A stretch of DNA of 64,000 nucleotides from a bacterium (GCA_043811915.1 JBDRMS010000008.1:109-64108); one strand, 5' to 3'. Shown: positions 1 through 7,924, counted from the first letter of the stretch. Numbers and translations: made by a program. The notes: generated by a model not told the origin, from the letters alone.

Positions 1-32
1 GACAAGGTGTCCGAAAAAATGGGGTCTTGACA
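1..32 (-). mobile_element. Terminal inverted repeat of an IS3-family element lying outside the window
   Basis: Reverse complement reads TGTCAAGACCCCATTTTTTCGGACA. The first 12 nt are identical to the IS end at 1425 (TGTCAAGACCCC). Confidence 0.75.
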
Positions 33-67
33 CGGAGCAATACAGAAGCTTCGGTGTTTATTGTATC

Positions 68-93
68 AAAAAAACCTCTTCAACTCATTGAGG
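68..93 (-). terminator. Putative intrinsic terminator downstream of 147..794
   Basis: Minus strand CCTC-AATGAGTTGAA-GAGG followed by T7. Confidence 0.5.
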
Positions 94-100
94 ATTAACT

Positions 101-143
101 CAAAGAATCAAAGAGGCAAAGGGACAAAGGACAAAAGACAAAG
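101..143 (-). repeat. Six imperfect 7-8 nt tandem units (CTTTGNN) directly after the stop codon of 147..794
   Basis: CAAAG or CAAAA on the plus strand at 101, 109, 117, 125, 132 and 139. Confidence 0.75.
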
Positions 144-146
144 TGC

Positions 147-794
147 CTAAGCGACAGCAGCCGCAGAGAAGACACGGTTGCCGACACCCCAAGGATCGCC
201 GCCCAAGTGAGCGGCACGGACGCTCCACTCCCGGCTGTCACAAGGCCAGCAGGCGTAGACCGCAACCACCTCATCGGCTACTTTCACATAGAAGATATTA
301 GCACCGCCGTTGGTAAGCAAAGGACCCCCTTTGCCGCCCGCCTGGTGGTCAAGCATACCGGCTAGGTGCGAGCAGAAGACGTTCGCGTCTTGGAAGACGT
401 GACTGTCGGGCAGTTCAGCTCGGATCCGCTCGTCGGGAGTGTCTTTCAAAAGATCAAAGCTGGCGATTTTCGCAGCCGGGGTGGTCTCGGCAACTCCGAC
501 AGCCGACAGGACCAGGTTCTCGAAGCCACTCCAGACGTAGAGGCCATCTTTGGTCTTGAAGTGGTCGCTGGCCTGAAATGATGTTGCGTTCGCGGGGAGA
601 TCGACGGCTTCGACCCAACACAATCGTTTTGTCACCGTAATCTCGGCCACACCCAGCCTCACGTCGCGAATGGCACGCAGCGACGGTACATCCTGAGCCA
701 GATCATTGACCTCGCTAGGAGCCCATCCTGCTTCTGCTAATGCCAGGAAAAGCTTGTTCAACAAGCCAACACTGAAATCGGACGTGGTAGCCAT
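147..794 (-). CDS. Hypothetical protein resembling CPR DGR-target (C-type-lectin-like C-terminus) proteins
   Basis: 215 aa, AGGAGG SD upstream. C-terminus NIFYV...VYACW...WSV...W..GNRVFS. Confidence 0.65.
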   Translation of the reverse strand: MATTSDFSVGLLNKLFLALAEAGWAPSEVNDLAQDVPSLRAIRDVRLGVAEITVTKRLCWVEAVDLPANATSFQASDHFKTKDGLYVWSGFENLVLSAVGVAETTPAAKIASFDLLKDTPDERIRAELPDSHVFQDANVFCSHLAGMLDHQAGGKGGPLLTNGGANIFYVKVADEVVAVYACWPCDSREWSVRAAHLGGDPWGVGNRVFSAAAVA

Positions 795-894
795 AGCTAC
801 TATCCTCCTGTAATGTGACCATCCTAAATAGAGGATATTGTCACAGTCTGTGCTGATCCCACAAATTGGGATTTACGGGTATAAGCTACATCGC

Positions 895-945
895 TTTGCC
901 ACAGCAAACAAATGTCCCGAGCAAACAACTATTTGCTGTGGCAAA
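895..945. repeat. Perfect 14-bp inverted repeat in the leader of 147..794
   Basis: TTTGCCACAGCAAA (895-908) and TTTGCTGTGGCAAA (932-945). Confidence 0.85.
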
Positions 946-980
946 ACCAGGATTTATTATCAATGAACATACCTGGGTAA

Positions 981-1030
981 TTAATACATATTTGAATCAT
1001 ATTGTCAAACAAAAAATTATTTGTTATCCT
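981..1030. promoter_or_regulatory. Overlapping divergent sigma70-like promoters
   Basis: Minus: TTGACA (1008-1003)-16-TATTAA. Plus: TTGTCA (1002-1007)-17-TATCCT with TG extension, pointing at the ATG at 1068. Confidence 0.5.
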
Positions 1031-1066
1031 TAGTACCACACAATAATTAGCTATATTAAGACAATA

Positions 1067-1228
1067 AATGCTCAAAGTCGGGATCGCAGCGTTACCACCC
1101 TAACCTTTGAATCGTTTCCATTCGCCTTTACCTTCTGGCCTCCCAAGCCCCGTAAGGAGCGCATTATCGTCCAGCGCGATAAGTGGGGAAGAATCGTGCA
1201 TTTCCACCCACCAGCTGCCGGGGTATAA
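1067..1228 (+). pseudogene. Orphan C-terminal peptide, copy 1 (putative severed tail of a serine recombinase)
   Basis: Frame reads NAQSRDRSVTTLTFESFPFAFTFWPPKPRKERIIVQRDKWGRIVHFHPPAAGV*. No nearby in-frame ATG. Homologous to 3812-3994. Confidence 0.55.
1068..1085 (+). repeat. Near-duplicate of the ychF start (candidate attL)
   Basis: ATGCTCAAAGTCGGGATC vs ATGCTCAAAGTCGGCATC at 6938-6955 (17/18). Reads MLKVGI, then stops after 11 codons. Confidence 0.7.
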
Positions 1229-1442
1229 GACCGTAGGGCCCAACCAAATACAAGCTGAGGTTAGGAGTTAAAAAAGAGCCCAATTACTTAGACTCTAATA
1301 TACGTGAGAACTTTAAAACCCTCTATGTACAATGATGTCCTAAAAGGAATCAATCAAATACATAAGTTGTTCCTGCGAGATTGGCTCACTGTCCCTACTC
1401 TCAGCAATGAGCCTCTCACAAAAGTGTCAAGACCCCCTTTCT

Positions 1443-2262
1443 TCAGACCAAAACTCTCAGACTTTTTTGCTGAACAAATTGGTGCCGGTACTGCGCCGGT
1501 GACATGAGCAAGGCGGAGTGGATGCGGCGTTTGTTGTAGTGGTGCATTTGCTGGTGAATGGCATATACGAGCTCACCAAGCGAAGCGTAACGATTTGGAT
1601 CTCCGAGCAGTAACTTAAAGCGAGAGTAGAACGACTCCTGGTAACCGTTCTCCCACGGACAACCAGGAGTAATGCGAGAGATATGTGTACCAACTTCAGC
1701 GAGCGCGGCGACAAACGCTTTGGCGTCGTACTCACTGCCGTTGTCCGAATGAAAAACACGGGGACGGCTACGATGCAGCAGCGCGGAAAACAACGCCTGT
1801 TGTACGAGCGGCAAACCGTGGTTGGTGGAAACTGCCCAACCAACTATCTCGCGTGGATACACATCCATGACCGTTGCCAGGTAGACGAAACGATCTTGGT
1901 ATGGCAGGTAGGTGAAATCGGCGACCCACGCATGACCGGGGTATGATGGTGTTACTTCACGCAGGAGGTTAGGGTAGAAAGTCACCTGTTTCTTTGGTTT
2001 ACGCCACTTTCGGCCCCGGCGGCGATACGCCTTGATACCAAACAGGTGCATCACACGAGCCACTCGCTTTTTGTTCATGCCAAGTTCACGGGCTACCCGT
2101 CGGTAGCCGTAATCTTTGTTGTTTTCCAGGACCGCTTCAATCTGGCACTTGAGCTGCCAGTCTTTGTCGGGTTGCTTGCGGCAGTAGTAGAGAGACGATC
2201 GGGAGATGCCAAGCGACCGGGCAATGAACCGGGTGCTGGCTATGCGGGCCAGCTCTTTTTTT
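1443..2262 (-). CDS. IS3 transposase OrfB (DDE integrase core), reached by -1 frameshift
   Basis: WVADFTY, MD, FHSDNGSEY and ENGYQESF motifs. The frame is open upstream of ATG 2078 as far as the A7G site (KKELARIASTRFIARSLGISRSSLYY...YGYRRV). Confidence 0.92.
2235..2262 (-). promoter_or_regulatory. Programmed -1 ribosomal frameshift signal
   Basis: A AAA AAG followed by the hairpin GCTGGC-CCGCATA-GCCAGC. Confidence 0.85.
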
Positions 2263-2506
2263 GGGCAGCCGACAGCTTGATGGTGAGCTCACCGACTAAG
2301 CTCAACAGCTGCTGGTTTTCCCGCTTGAGGCGGTTGACCTGGCTCCAGGTGGGAACGCCTTCGGCTCCTTTGGACAGCCAGCCGTAGATCGTCTTTTCCG
2401 AGACGCCATACTGCTCGGCTGCTTGGACGACAGTCACGCCTTTGTCTTTGATGCCGCTGAGTATTTCTTTCTTGACCTCAGGGGCAATACGGTAGGTCTT
2501 TTTCAT
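2240..2506 (-). CDS. IS3 transposase OrfA (HTH)
   Basis: 88 aa HTH: VTVVQAAEQYGVSEKTIYGW...LKRENQQL. Confidence 0.92.
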   Translation of the reverse strand: MKKTYRIAPEVKKEILSGIKDKGVTVVQAAEQYGVSEKTIYGWLSKGAEGVPTWSQVNRLKRENQQLLSLVGELTIKLSAAQKKSWPA

Positions 2507-2535
2507 ATGCTACCAGCGTATTAAGGATTAACCCC

Positions 2536-3441
2536 CTATGTCCAAGATATGGGGGTCATACCATAATATCTATTACTGAAATATAGATTACTCAAAGAAA
2601 AGACAAATAAAGTCGAAAAAAGGTATAAAGGCAACCAAGCCAACCTTATCACTCCATCGAGATTGGTATAGTTAACTACAAATAATAAAGTCATAGTAAT
2701 CACGTTTACGATTAACGTTAGAAATGCTGACCTACCAACATCTTGAAATTGCTTTTCGTCATACCACTGACGATTTTCCTCCTGCAGCTTAGTTAAAAAC
2801 CAATACCCAACTACCAGCGCATATGGTGTTAGCAACAAAACCAAAGTAATAGAAACGTGCATGTGCAAATTCCAGCCTCCTGGAAATAAAAAGCCCAAAC
2901 TGGCAAACATTAAGCCCATTGAGCTGCAGATTAAACCCACGTATTGAGCAACTAAAAAGATATTATTATCTCGCACTATACGATCAAGTTGGCCTTTCTG
3001 TTTGAAACCAAATAAATGAAGGTATGTAAAAAATACCGCAACAACTAACTGAAAACCCATTATTGGATATAAAATTGACCACTCAGGTTGAGCCAAGTTG
3101 AGTTTGTACTGTTTTCCAATATCGCTTAACAGTGCAACGTCACTGAAGACAAACAGGAACGACAGAACACCGCCGGCCAGCAGCAAAATTGAAGGGAAAG
3201 CAATTTTACTGGCTTGCTTAAGATATCGGACCAGGCGCAATAAAGATAACAAACAAAACGCCAGAAACAAGAGTAACCCAACTCCAACCCAATTCATCAA
3301 ATGCTCCTCAGACGAACTAATAGGATAATAGGCAACCATCAGCGGCCGTAATTTTGAGAAAACAAAGTAGTCAAATATAAAAAAGCTTATTGAAGTAAAT
3401 CCAAGAACAATACTTATATTTTTAAGTAATTTATTCACCAT
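2536..3441 (-). CDS. Polytopic membrane protein; final codons and stop supplied by the IS end
   Basis: About 8 hydrophobic segments, AT-rich. Coupled to the upstream HTH gene. Exact start uncertain (3441 or 3438). Confidence 0.75.
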   Translation of the reverse strand: MVNKLLKNISIVLGFTSISFFIFDYFVFSKLRPLMVAYYPISSSEEHLMNWVGVGLLLFLAFCLLSLLRLVRYLKQASKIAFPSILLLAGGVLSFLFVFSDVALLSDIGKQYKLNLAQPEWSILYPIMGFQLVVAVFFTYLHLFGFKQKGQLDRIVRDNNIFLVAQYVGLICSSMGLMFASLGFLFPGGWNLHMHVSITLVLLLTPYALVVGYWFLTKLQEENRQWYDEKQFQDVGRSAFLTLIVNVITMTLLFVVNYTNLDGVIRLAWLPLYLFSTLFVFSLSNLYFSNRYYGMTPISWT

Positions 3442-3664
3442 CACTCCTTTCTTCAATTAAATAAAATATGTCTTCAAACTTAAGTTTAAAAAAACGGACT
3501 ATCTGTAATGCTAGCAGGGCCGATGGATTAAACTTGCCAGTTTCAATTGAATGAATTGTTAACCGAGTTACCCCCACAGCATTAGCTAAATCTTGTTGTG
3601 AAATCTCATTATGCTGAAAACGATATTCACGTAAATTGTTCCCAAGTTTTAACATCTTCATCAT
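3431..3664 (-). CDS. XRE/Cro-C1 helix-turn-helix regulator
   Basis: ISQQDLANAVGVTRLTIHSIETGKFNPSALLALQI...EDIF. Confidence 0.92.
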   Translation of the reverse strand: MMKMLKLGNNLREYRFQHNEISQQDLANAVGVTRLTIHSIETGKFNPSALLALQIVRFFKLKFEDIFYLIEERSDGE

Positions 3665-3686
3665 ACAAGTTAAGCAAACTATGCAC

Positions 3687-3715
3687 AGTGTATATAATAC
3701 TATACTTTATGTCAA
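3687..3715 (-). promoter_or_regulatory. Sigma70 promoter of the HTH/membrane operon
   Basis: TTGACA-17-TACACT. Confidence 0.7.
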
Positions 3716-3811
3716 TCATTTTGCCCCCCTGAAAAATAGGGATTTCAAAGGTTCAAATACAATTACTACTCTAAGTTGACGACAATAGCTCCACCCCGTA
3801 CATTTTGGGCA

Positions 3812-3994
3812 TGTCATCGCTTCAGTGTGAAATCACAGGACGTAATCCGACTTTTAGAAGCGACTTTTCACCTGCCGCTCCCGAAACCAAGAAGGTCAAA
3901 AGTTATCACCGCGAGAGACAAACTAGGCAGAATTATTCACTCCAGACCGTCTAAACCCACCCAACACTCGATGTTGAACCGGGTGTTAAGGTAG
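3812..3994 (+). pseudogene. Orphan C-terminal peptide, copy 2
   Basis: PKPRRSKVITARDKLGRIIHSRP is 13/23 identical to copy 1 (PKPRKERIIVQRDKWGRIVHFHP). Confidence 0.55.
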
Positions 3995-4122
3995 GTGTTC
4001 CAGACTTGCCTAAGCACCACGTGCAAGTTACATATAAGCAAGAAGTATGGAGGTGAACTTGCCTCCCGAGAACACCTACTAGTATACTCAAGAGCCACCC
4101 ACCTAATGGAAAGGAGCCTGAC

Positions 4123-4977
4123 TTGAAGATTGCAATCCATCAACTCCACCATGAGCCACTTCAGGTACTATTCGACAATCTCGCTGGATCAGGAGCGCCG
4201 GTTGCCCTTTTTGGAGGTGGAGCTAGAGACATTCTATTTCATTTGATTCACGGTCGTACACTCGACGAACTTAACGACTTTGACCTTGCCGCCATAATTG
4301 ACAATCGCGCGATTTCTCCTCCCTTGCAGCATCGGCTCGATGAAGAGCGATTTGATTTCCTGCCGGAGATCGAGTCCGCGTTTCGTCCGCTGTTGTCATT
4401 ATGGGAAATCGACATAGAGCGGTTTCGCACAACGGTGACCGGAACGCCCGGCTCGAGATTTAAGCTATGCTCGGTACGGGTCGGCATCATGGGCCAAGGA
4501 ATTGCGGTGGACGGACGTGGCAAGTTGTGTCCCGATCTCGTCGTCCTCGATGACGGGCGCACCGCGAGTGCGATTCCAGCAGCGTTGTCAATCAATCAAT
4601 ACGCAATTTCGTGCACAGGAAAGATATTCGGCCCGTTGCACCTCCTCGATGATGTTCGCCAGCGGGTTGCTCGGTTTGTCAATCCACCGAGCGTGCACCG
4701 TCACTCAGTTGCGTTGCTGCTTCGTCTCGTCGACTACGTTCGTCGCTACCAGCTCCGATTCGATGAGCAGTCGCGACGCGTGCTCAATGTCCACTTCGAG
4801 GTACTCGATAGCGCCCAGGATGTGGTCGCAGCTGGTCTGGACATTAAACTCACGCGAAATCTGATACAGTCTGAATTTGGAGACAGCGCCGAAACTTGTC
4901 CCAAGAAAGTTCTTCGGCAGATTCAGCGGCGATTCGATGAGGTCGAATTCCCCGGTACTATTCTGAAGAGAGAATGA
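4123..4977 (+). CDS. Divergent nucleotidyltransferase, CCA-adding/poly(A) polymerase head-like
   Basis: FGGGARD...DFDL signature, SINQYAI (cf. TINAMA), LLRLV. TTG start with AAAGGAG SD. Confidence 0.65.
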   Translation: MKIAIHQLHHEPLQVLFDNLAGSGAPVALFGGGARDILFHLIHGRTLDELNDFDLAAIIDNRAISPPLQHRLDEERFDFLPEIESAFRPLLSLWEIDIERFRTTVTGTPGSRFKLCSVRVGIMGQGIAVDGRGKLCPDLVVLDDGRTASAIPAALSINQYAISCTGKIFGPLHLLDDVRQRVARFVNPPSVHRHSVALLLRLVDYVRRYQLRFDEQSRRVLNVHFEVLDSAQDVVAAGLDIKLTRNLIQSEFGDSAETCPKKVLRQIQRRFDEVEFPGTILKRE

Positions 4978-6833
4978 TGTTAGAAATCAGCCAACTGAAG
5001 TCACTTGCTGCCAAGGTCCGCCTTCGTTGCCTTGAACTGTGGGAGCAAAACAGCGCTCCTTTTTCAGGGTCGCTCAGCATTGTCGACGTATACGTGTCTT
5101 ACTTCGCCGATCACCTGCAGCTGACCGAGCGTGGGCTCTCGGGCTTCAAGGGCACGCGGACCATTTGCAAGGGAACCAGTGCGAACGCCGTTTATGCCAC
5201 GCTGCAGGAATGCGGAATCCGTTGGGACGATACAGAGAATGTCGACAGCCTATTCCCGCCTGTGCTCGAGCATGCCTTTCCCGGCTGCAACGCTTCGGTC
5301 CTCAAGCTCGGAACAGGGATTGACCAGGCTATTGGCTTGGCATTCATGCTGAAGCGACAGTACAACCCTGCGCAGATCACCGTATTCATAAGCGAAGGTG
5401 ACATTAATTGCGGTGTTGATCACCAGGCTAGTACTGCGGAGGCCTGGGGCCTAGACAACTTGACGGTTGTCTTGGACTGCAACGGGCTATTGAGCACTCA
5501 GCCCGCCTCGACGATCGACCGCACGCTGATCCCGGGAACCGACGGTAAGCTCAATCGTCTCAAGTCTATCTGGACAGCGTACGGCTGGGAGTATTATGAA
5601 GTCGATGGACACGATTTCGACCAGCTGCGTGATGCCTTCGCCGCCGAGCGTTGCAAACGTCCGCGAATCATCGTTGCCAGGACGGTAAAAGGGAAAGGCA
5701 TCTCCTTTGTAGAATCGAAGATTGGTTACGAGCATGGGCTGCCAGAGCGCGAGCTGGTCCGGGCACGAGCGGAGCTTGCGAAGACCGCCAGGGAGCGATC
5801 GGCCTCTGTCGTTTTGCCACATGACTGTGTCATCTCCAATGAGTCACGGTTCGCCCACGCTCCGACACCCATAATGATGTCTGCACAGCCCGTCCCGCCG
5901 ACCGACAAAATGGTTTCCGTCTTCGCCGACTTAGCACGGCAGATGATTGCGGAGAACCCCGACCGGGTTTTTCTGATCAACTGCGACTGCCCGGTGCCCT
6001 TTGGGGAGGCAGGAACTGTGTTTCCCACCGATCCCGATTCCCATTGGGTGTTTGTAGGAGTCAATGAGAAGATGGCGATGAACGTTGCTCGAGGCATGAC
6101 CAATGCGGGCGCCTTGCCAGTCGTGGTCGCTTCGGCGCCACACCTGCAGGTCTGCGCGGAGGAAATGAAACTTTGCGGCCTGGATCGCTCTCCCGTCCTG
6201 ATGGTCGGCTATGCACCCGGAACGGAGCTTTGCCGCTGGGGCCCGTCTCACAATTGCCTCCACGATGTACATCTATTCCGAGGCCCCGGAACCCATGTCT
6301 ACCAGCCGGCGACGACGGACGACCTGGTTCAACTCATGCGATATATTTACGCCGACCCGGCAAACCGCCTTCCCGGTTACTTACGACTGCCAAAAGCCGT
6401 CGTTCACATTTCCGACGACGCGACATCACCCTCAATCGACGATGTAGATCGAGGCTGGTATTTGGTTACCGGTACGCTCACACCCGACGTGTTGCTGGTC
6501 ACCAGCGGACGGCTGTTGAAACCCTGTTTCGAGAGTCAGCTGCTACTGCACGCTAGGGGACTGAGCACATCGGTGGTCAACGTTCTCATTCTGTCATCCC
6601 TGGATCCTACGGAGCTCGCGCCGCTGGCGGATTCTGCAAAGACAATCGTCTCGGTGATTGACGCCGATCCCGATTCTCTGAGGCAAGTTCTTGCGCCCGC
6701 GCTGCCCAGAAGTGCCTTGTCACGAGTTGTGTCGCTCGGCGTCAGCGACTACGGCGACCAGCACACCCTGGAGAAGATTGACAGCCTCAACAAACTGGAT
6801 GCGAGTGGGATTTGCGACGCCGCATCAAACTAA
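4974..6833 (+). CDS. Divergent single-chain transketolase-like ThDP enzyme
   Basis: GSLSIVD, SEGD...LDNLTVVLDCN, EVDGHD, ARTVKGKG, GVNE, GPSH, YLRL. ATGA overlap with the upstream gene. Confidence 0.85.
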   Translation: MMLEISQLKSLAAKVRLRCLELWEQNSAPFSGSLSIVDVYVSYFADHLQLTERGLSGFKGTRTICKGTSANAVYATLQECGIRWDDTENVDSLFPPVLEHAFPGCNASVLKLGTGIDQAIGLAFMLKRQYNPAQITVFISEGDINCGVDHQASTAEAWGLDNLTVVLDCNGLLSTQPASTIDRTLIPGTDGKLNRLKSIWTAYGWEYYEVDGHDFDQLRDAFAAERCKRPRIIVARTVKGKGISFVESKIGYEHGLPERELVRARAELAKTARERSASVVLPHDCVISNESRFAHAPTPIMMSAQPVPPTDKMVSVFADLARQMIAENPDRVFLINCDCPVPFGEAGTVFPTDPDSHWVFVGVNEKMAMNVARGMTNAGALPVVVASAPHLQVCAEEMKLCGLDRSPVLMVGYAPGTELCRWGPSHNCLHDVHLFRGPGTHVYQPATTDDLVQLMRYIYADPANRLPGYLRLPKAVVHISDDATSPSIDDVDRGWYLVTGTLTPDVLLVTSGRLLKPCFESQLLLHARGLSTSVVNVLILSSLDPTELAPLADSAKTIVSVIDADPDSLRQVLAPALPRSALSRVVSLGVSDYGDQHTLEKIDSLNKLDASGICDAASN

Positions 6834-6937
6834 CAGTGTATGAAAGTGAGGTAAAGATGCCAGGCACCTCCATTCACAACCACCGCCACTTCGCAAATCC
6901 AATTGCATTTCTTCCTCCCCCGAACAACATTTAAACC

Positions 6938-7924
6938 ATGCTCAAAGTCGGCATCATCGGCCTGCCCAACGTGGGTAAATCAACGCTTTTCAATGCCTTG
7001 ACCAAGCAAGCTGCCGAGGTGGCCAATTTTCCCTTTACCACCATCGAACCAAACGTCGGCGTCGTCCCCGTGCCCGACGAACGCCTGGATAAACTGGCCC
7101 AAATATCAAAATCAGCTAAGATCACTCCCACTGCTATCGAATTTGTCGACATTGCCGGCTTAGTCAAAAACGCCCATCAAGGCGAGGGTTTGGGCAATCA
7201 GTTTCTTTCCCACATCCGCAAAGTTGACGCCATTATCCACGTCGTCCGTTTTTTCGAAGACAAAAAAATCACTCACGTCCATAGTAAAATCGATCCGATC
7301 AACGACGCCGAAGCTATAAAAACCGAGCTGGAACTGGCCGATCTGCAAACCACTGAACGCATGACCAAAAAAGAGACTGATAAAGAGCACAAAATTCCCA
7401 GGTTAAGTGAAAAACCAATACTATATGTAGCCAACCTAGACGAACAACAGATTATGAATGCCGATGAGATAATTCTCCCCCTGGAGCCTGCCCGCCGAAT
7501 TGGCGGGAAGGGGGAGCGAGAGGGAGTCGTTGTCCCGCTATGCATCAAAATAGAACAGGAACTAACTGAACTTCCCGAAGACGAGCAATTGGTCTTTCTA
7601 AGAGAGTACAATCTTACCGCCACCGGCTTGAATCGTTTGATTACTGCCAGCTACCAGCTGTTGAACCTTGTAACCTTTCTCACCACCGGCCCCACCGAAA
7701 CCCGCGCCTGGACGGTAAAAAAAGGCACCAGGGCCCCCCAGGCCGCCGGTAAAATTCACACCGACCTGGAACACGGTTTTATCCGCGCTGAAACAGTTGC
7801 TTATAAAGATCTGGTCGCCGCCGGTTCTTATGCTGATGCCCGTGCGCGAGGCCTGCTTCGCGACGAAGGCAAAGACTACATCGTCCAGGACGGCGACGTG
7901 ATTCTCTTCAAATTCGCAACCTAA
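6938..7924 (+). CDS. ychF: Obg-like ATPase YchF (shortened)
   Basis: GIIGLPNVGKSTLFN, ANFPFTTIEPN, DIAGLV, TGS domain (EGKDYIVQDGD). Confidence 0.97.
   Translation: MLKVGIIGLPNVGKSTLFNALTKQAAEVANFPFTTIEPNVGVVPVPDERLDKLAQISKSAKITPTAIEFVDIAGLVKNAHQGEGLGNQFLSHIRKVDAIIHVVRFFEDKKITHVHSKIDPINDAEAIKTELELADLQTTERMTKKETDKEHKIPRLSEKPILYVANLDEQQIMNADEIILPLEPARRIGGKGEREGVVVPLCIKIEQELTELPEDEQLVFLREYNLTATGLNRLITASYQLLNLVTFLTTGPTETRAWTVKKGTRAPQAAGKIHTDLEHGFIRAETVAYKDLVAAGSYADARARGLLRDEGKDYIVQDGDVILFKFAT
7475..7526. repeat. Nested palindromic element in-frame within ychF
   Basis: CTCCCCCT...AGGGGGAG enclosing CCCGCC-GAATT-GGCGGG. Encodes LPLEPARRIGGKGEREG. Confidence 0.75.

Larger units (their letters stand above)
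1425..2563 (-). mobile_element. IS3-family insertion sequence (about 1.14 kb)
   Basis: Imperfect TG...CA terminal IRs (TGTCAAGACCCCC / TGGTATGACCCCC), orfA plus orfB, slippery site. No target duplication visible. Confidence 0.9.

Noticed and set aside
101-143. Possible CRISPR array
   Set aside because: Units are 7-8 nt with no spacers and no cas genes. The same applies to the heptamer arrays.
3811-3846. MSSLQCEITG resembles a ychF N-terminus (MSLQCGIVG), suggesting a third att copy
   Set aside because: No clear DNA match to the 1068/6938 repeat, and its frame relative to the tail differs from copy 1. May be coincidence, so not called.
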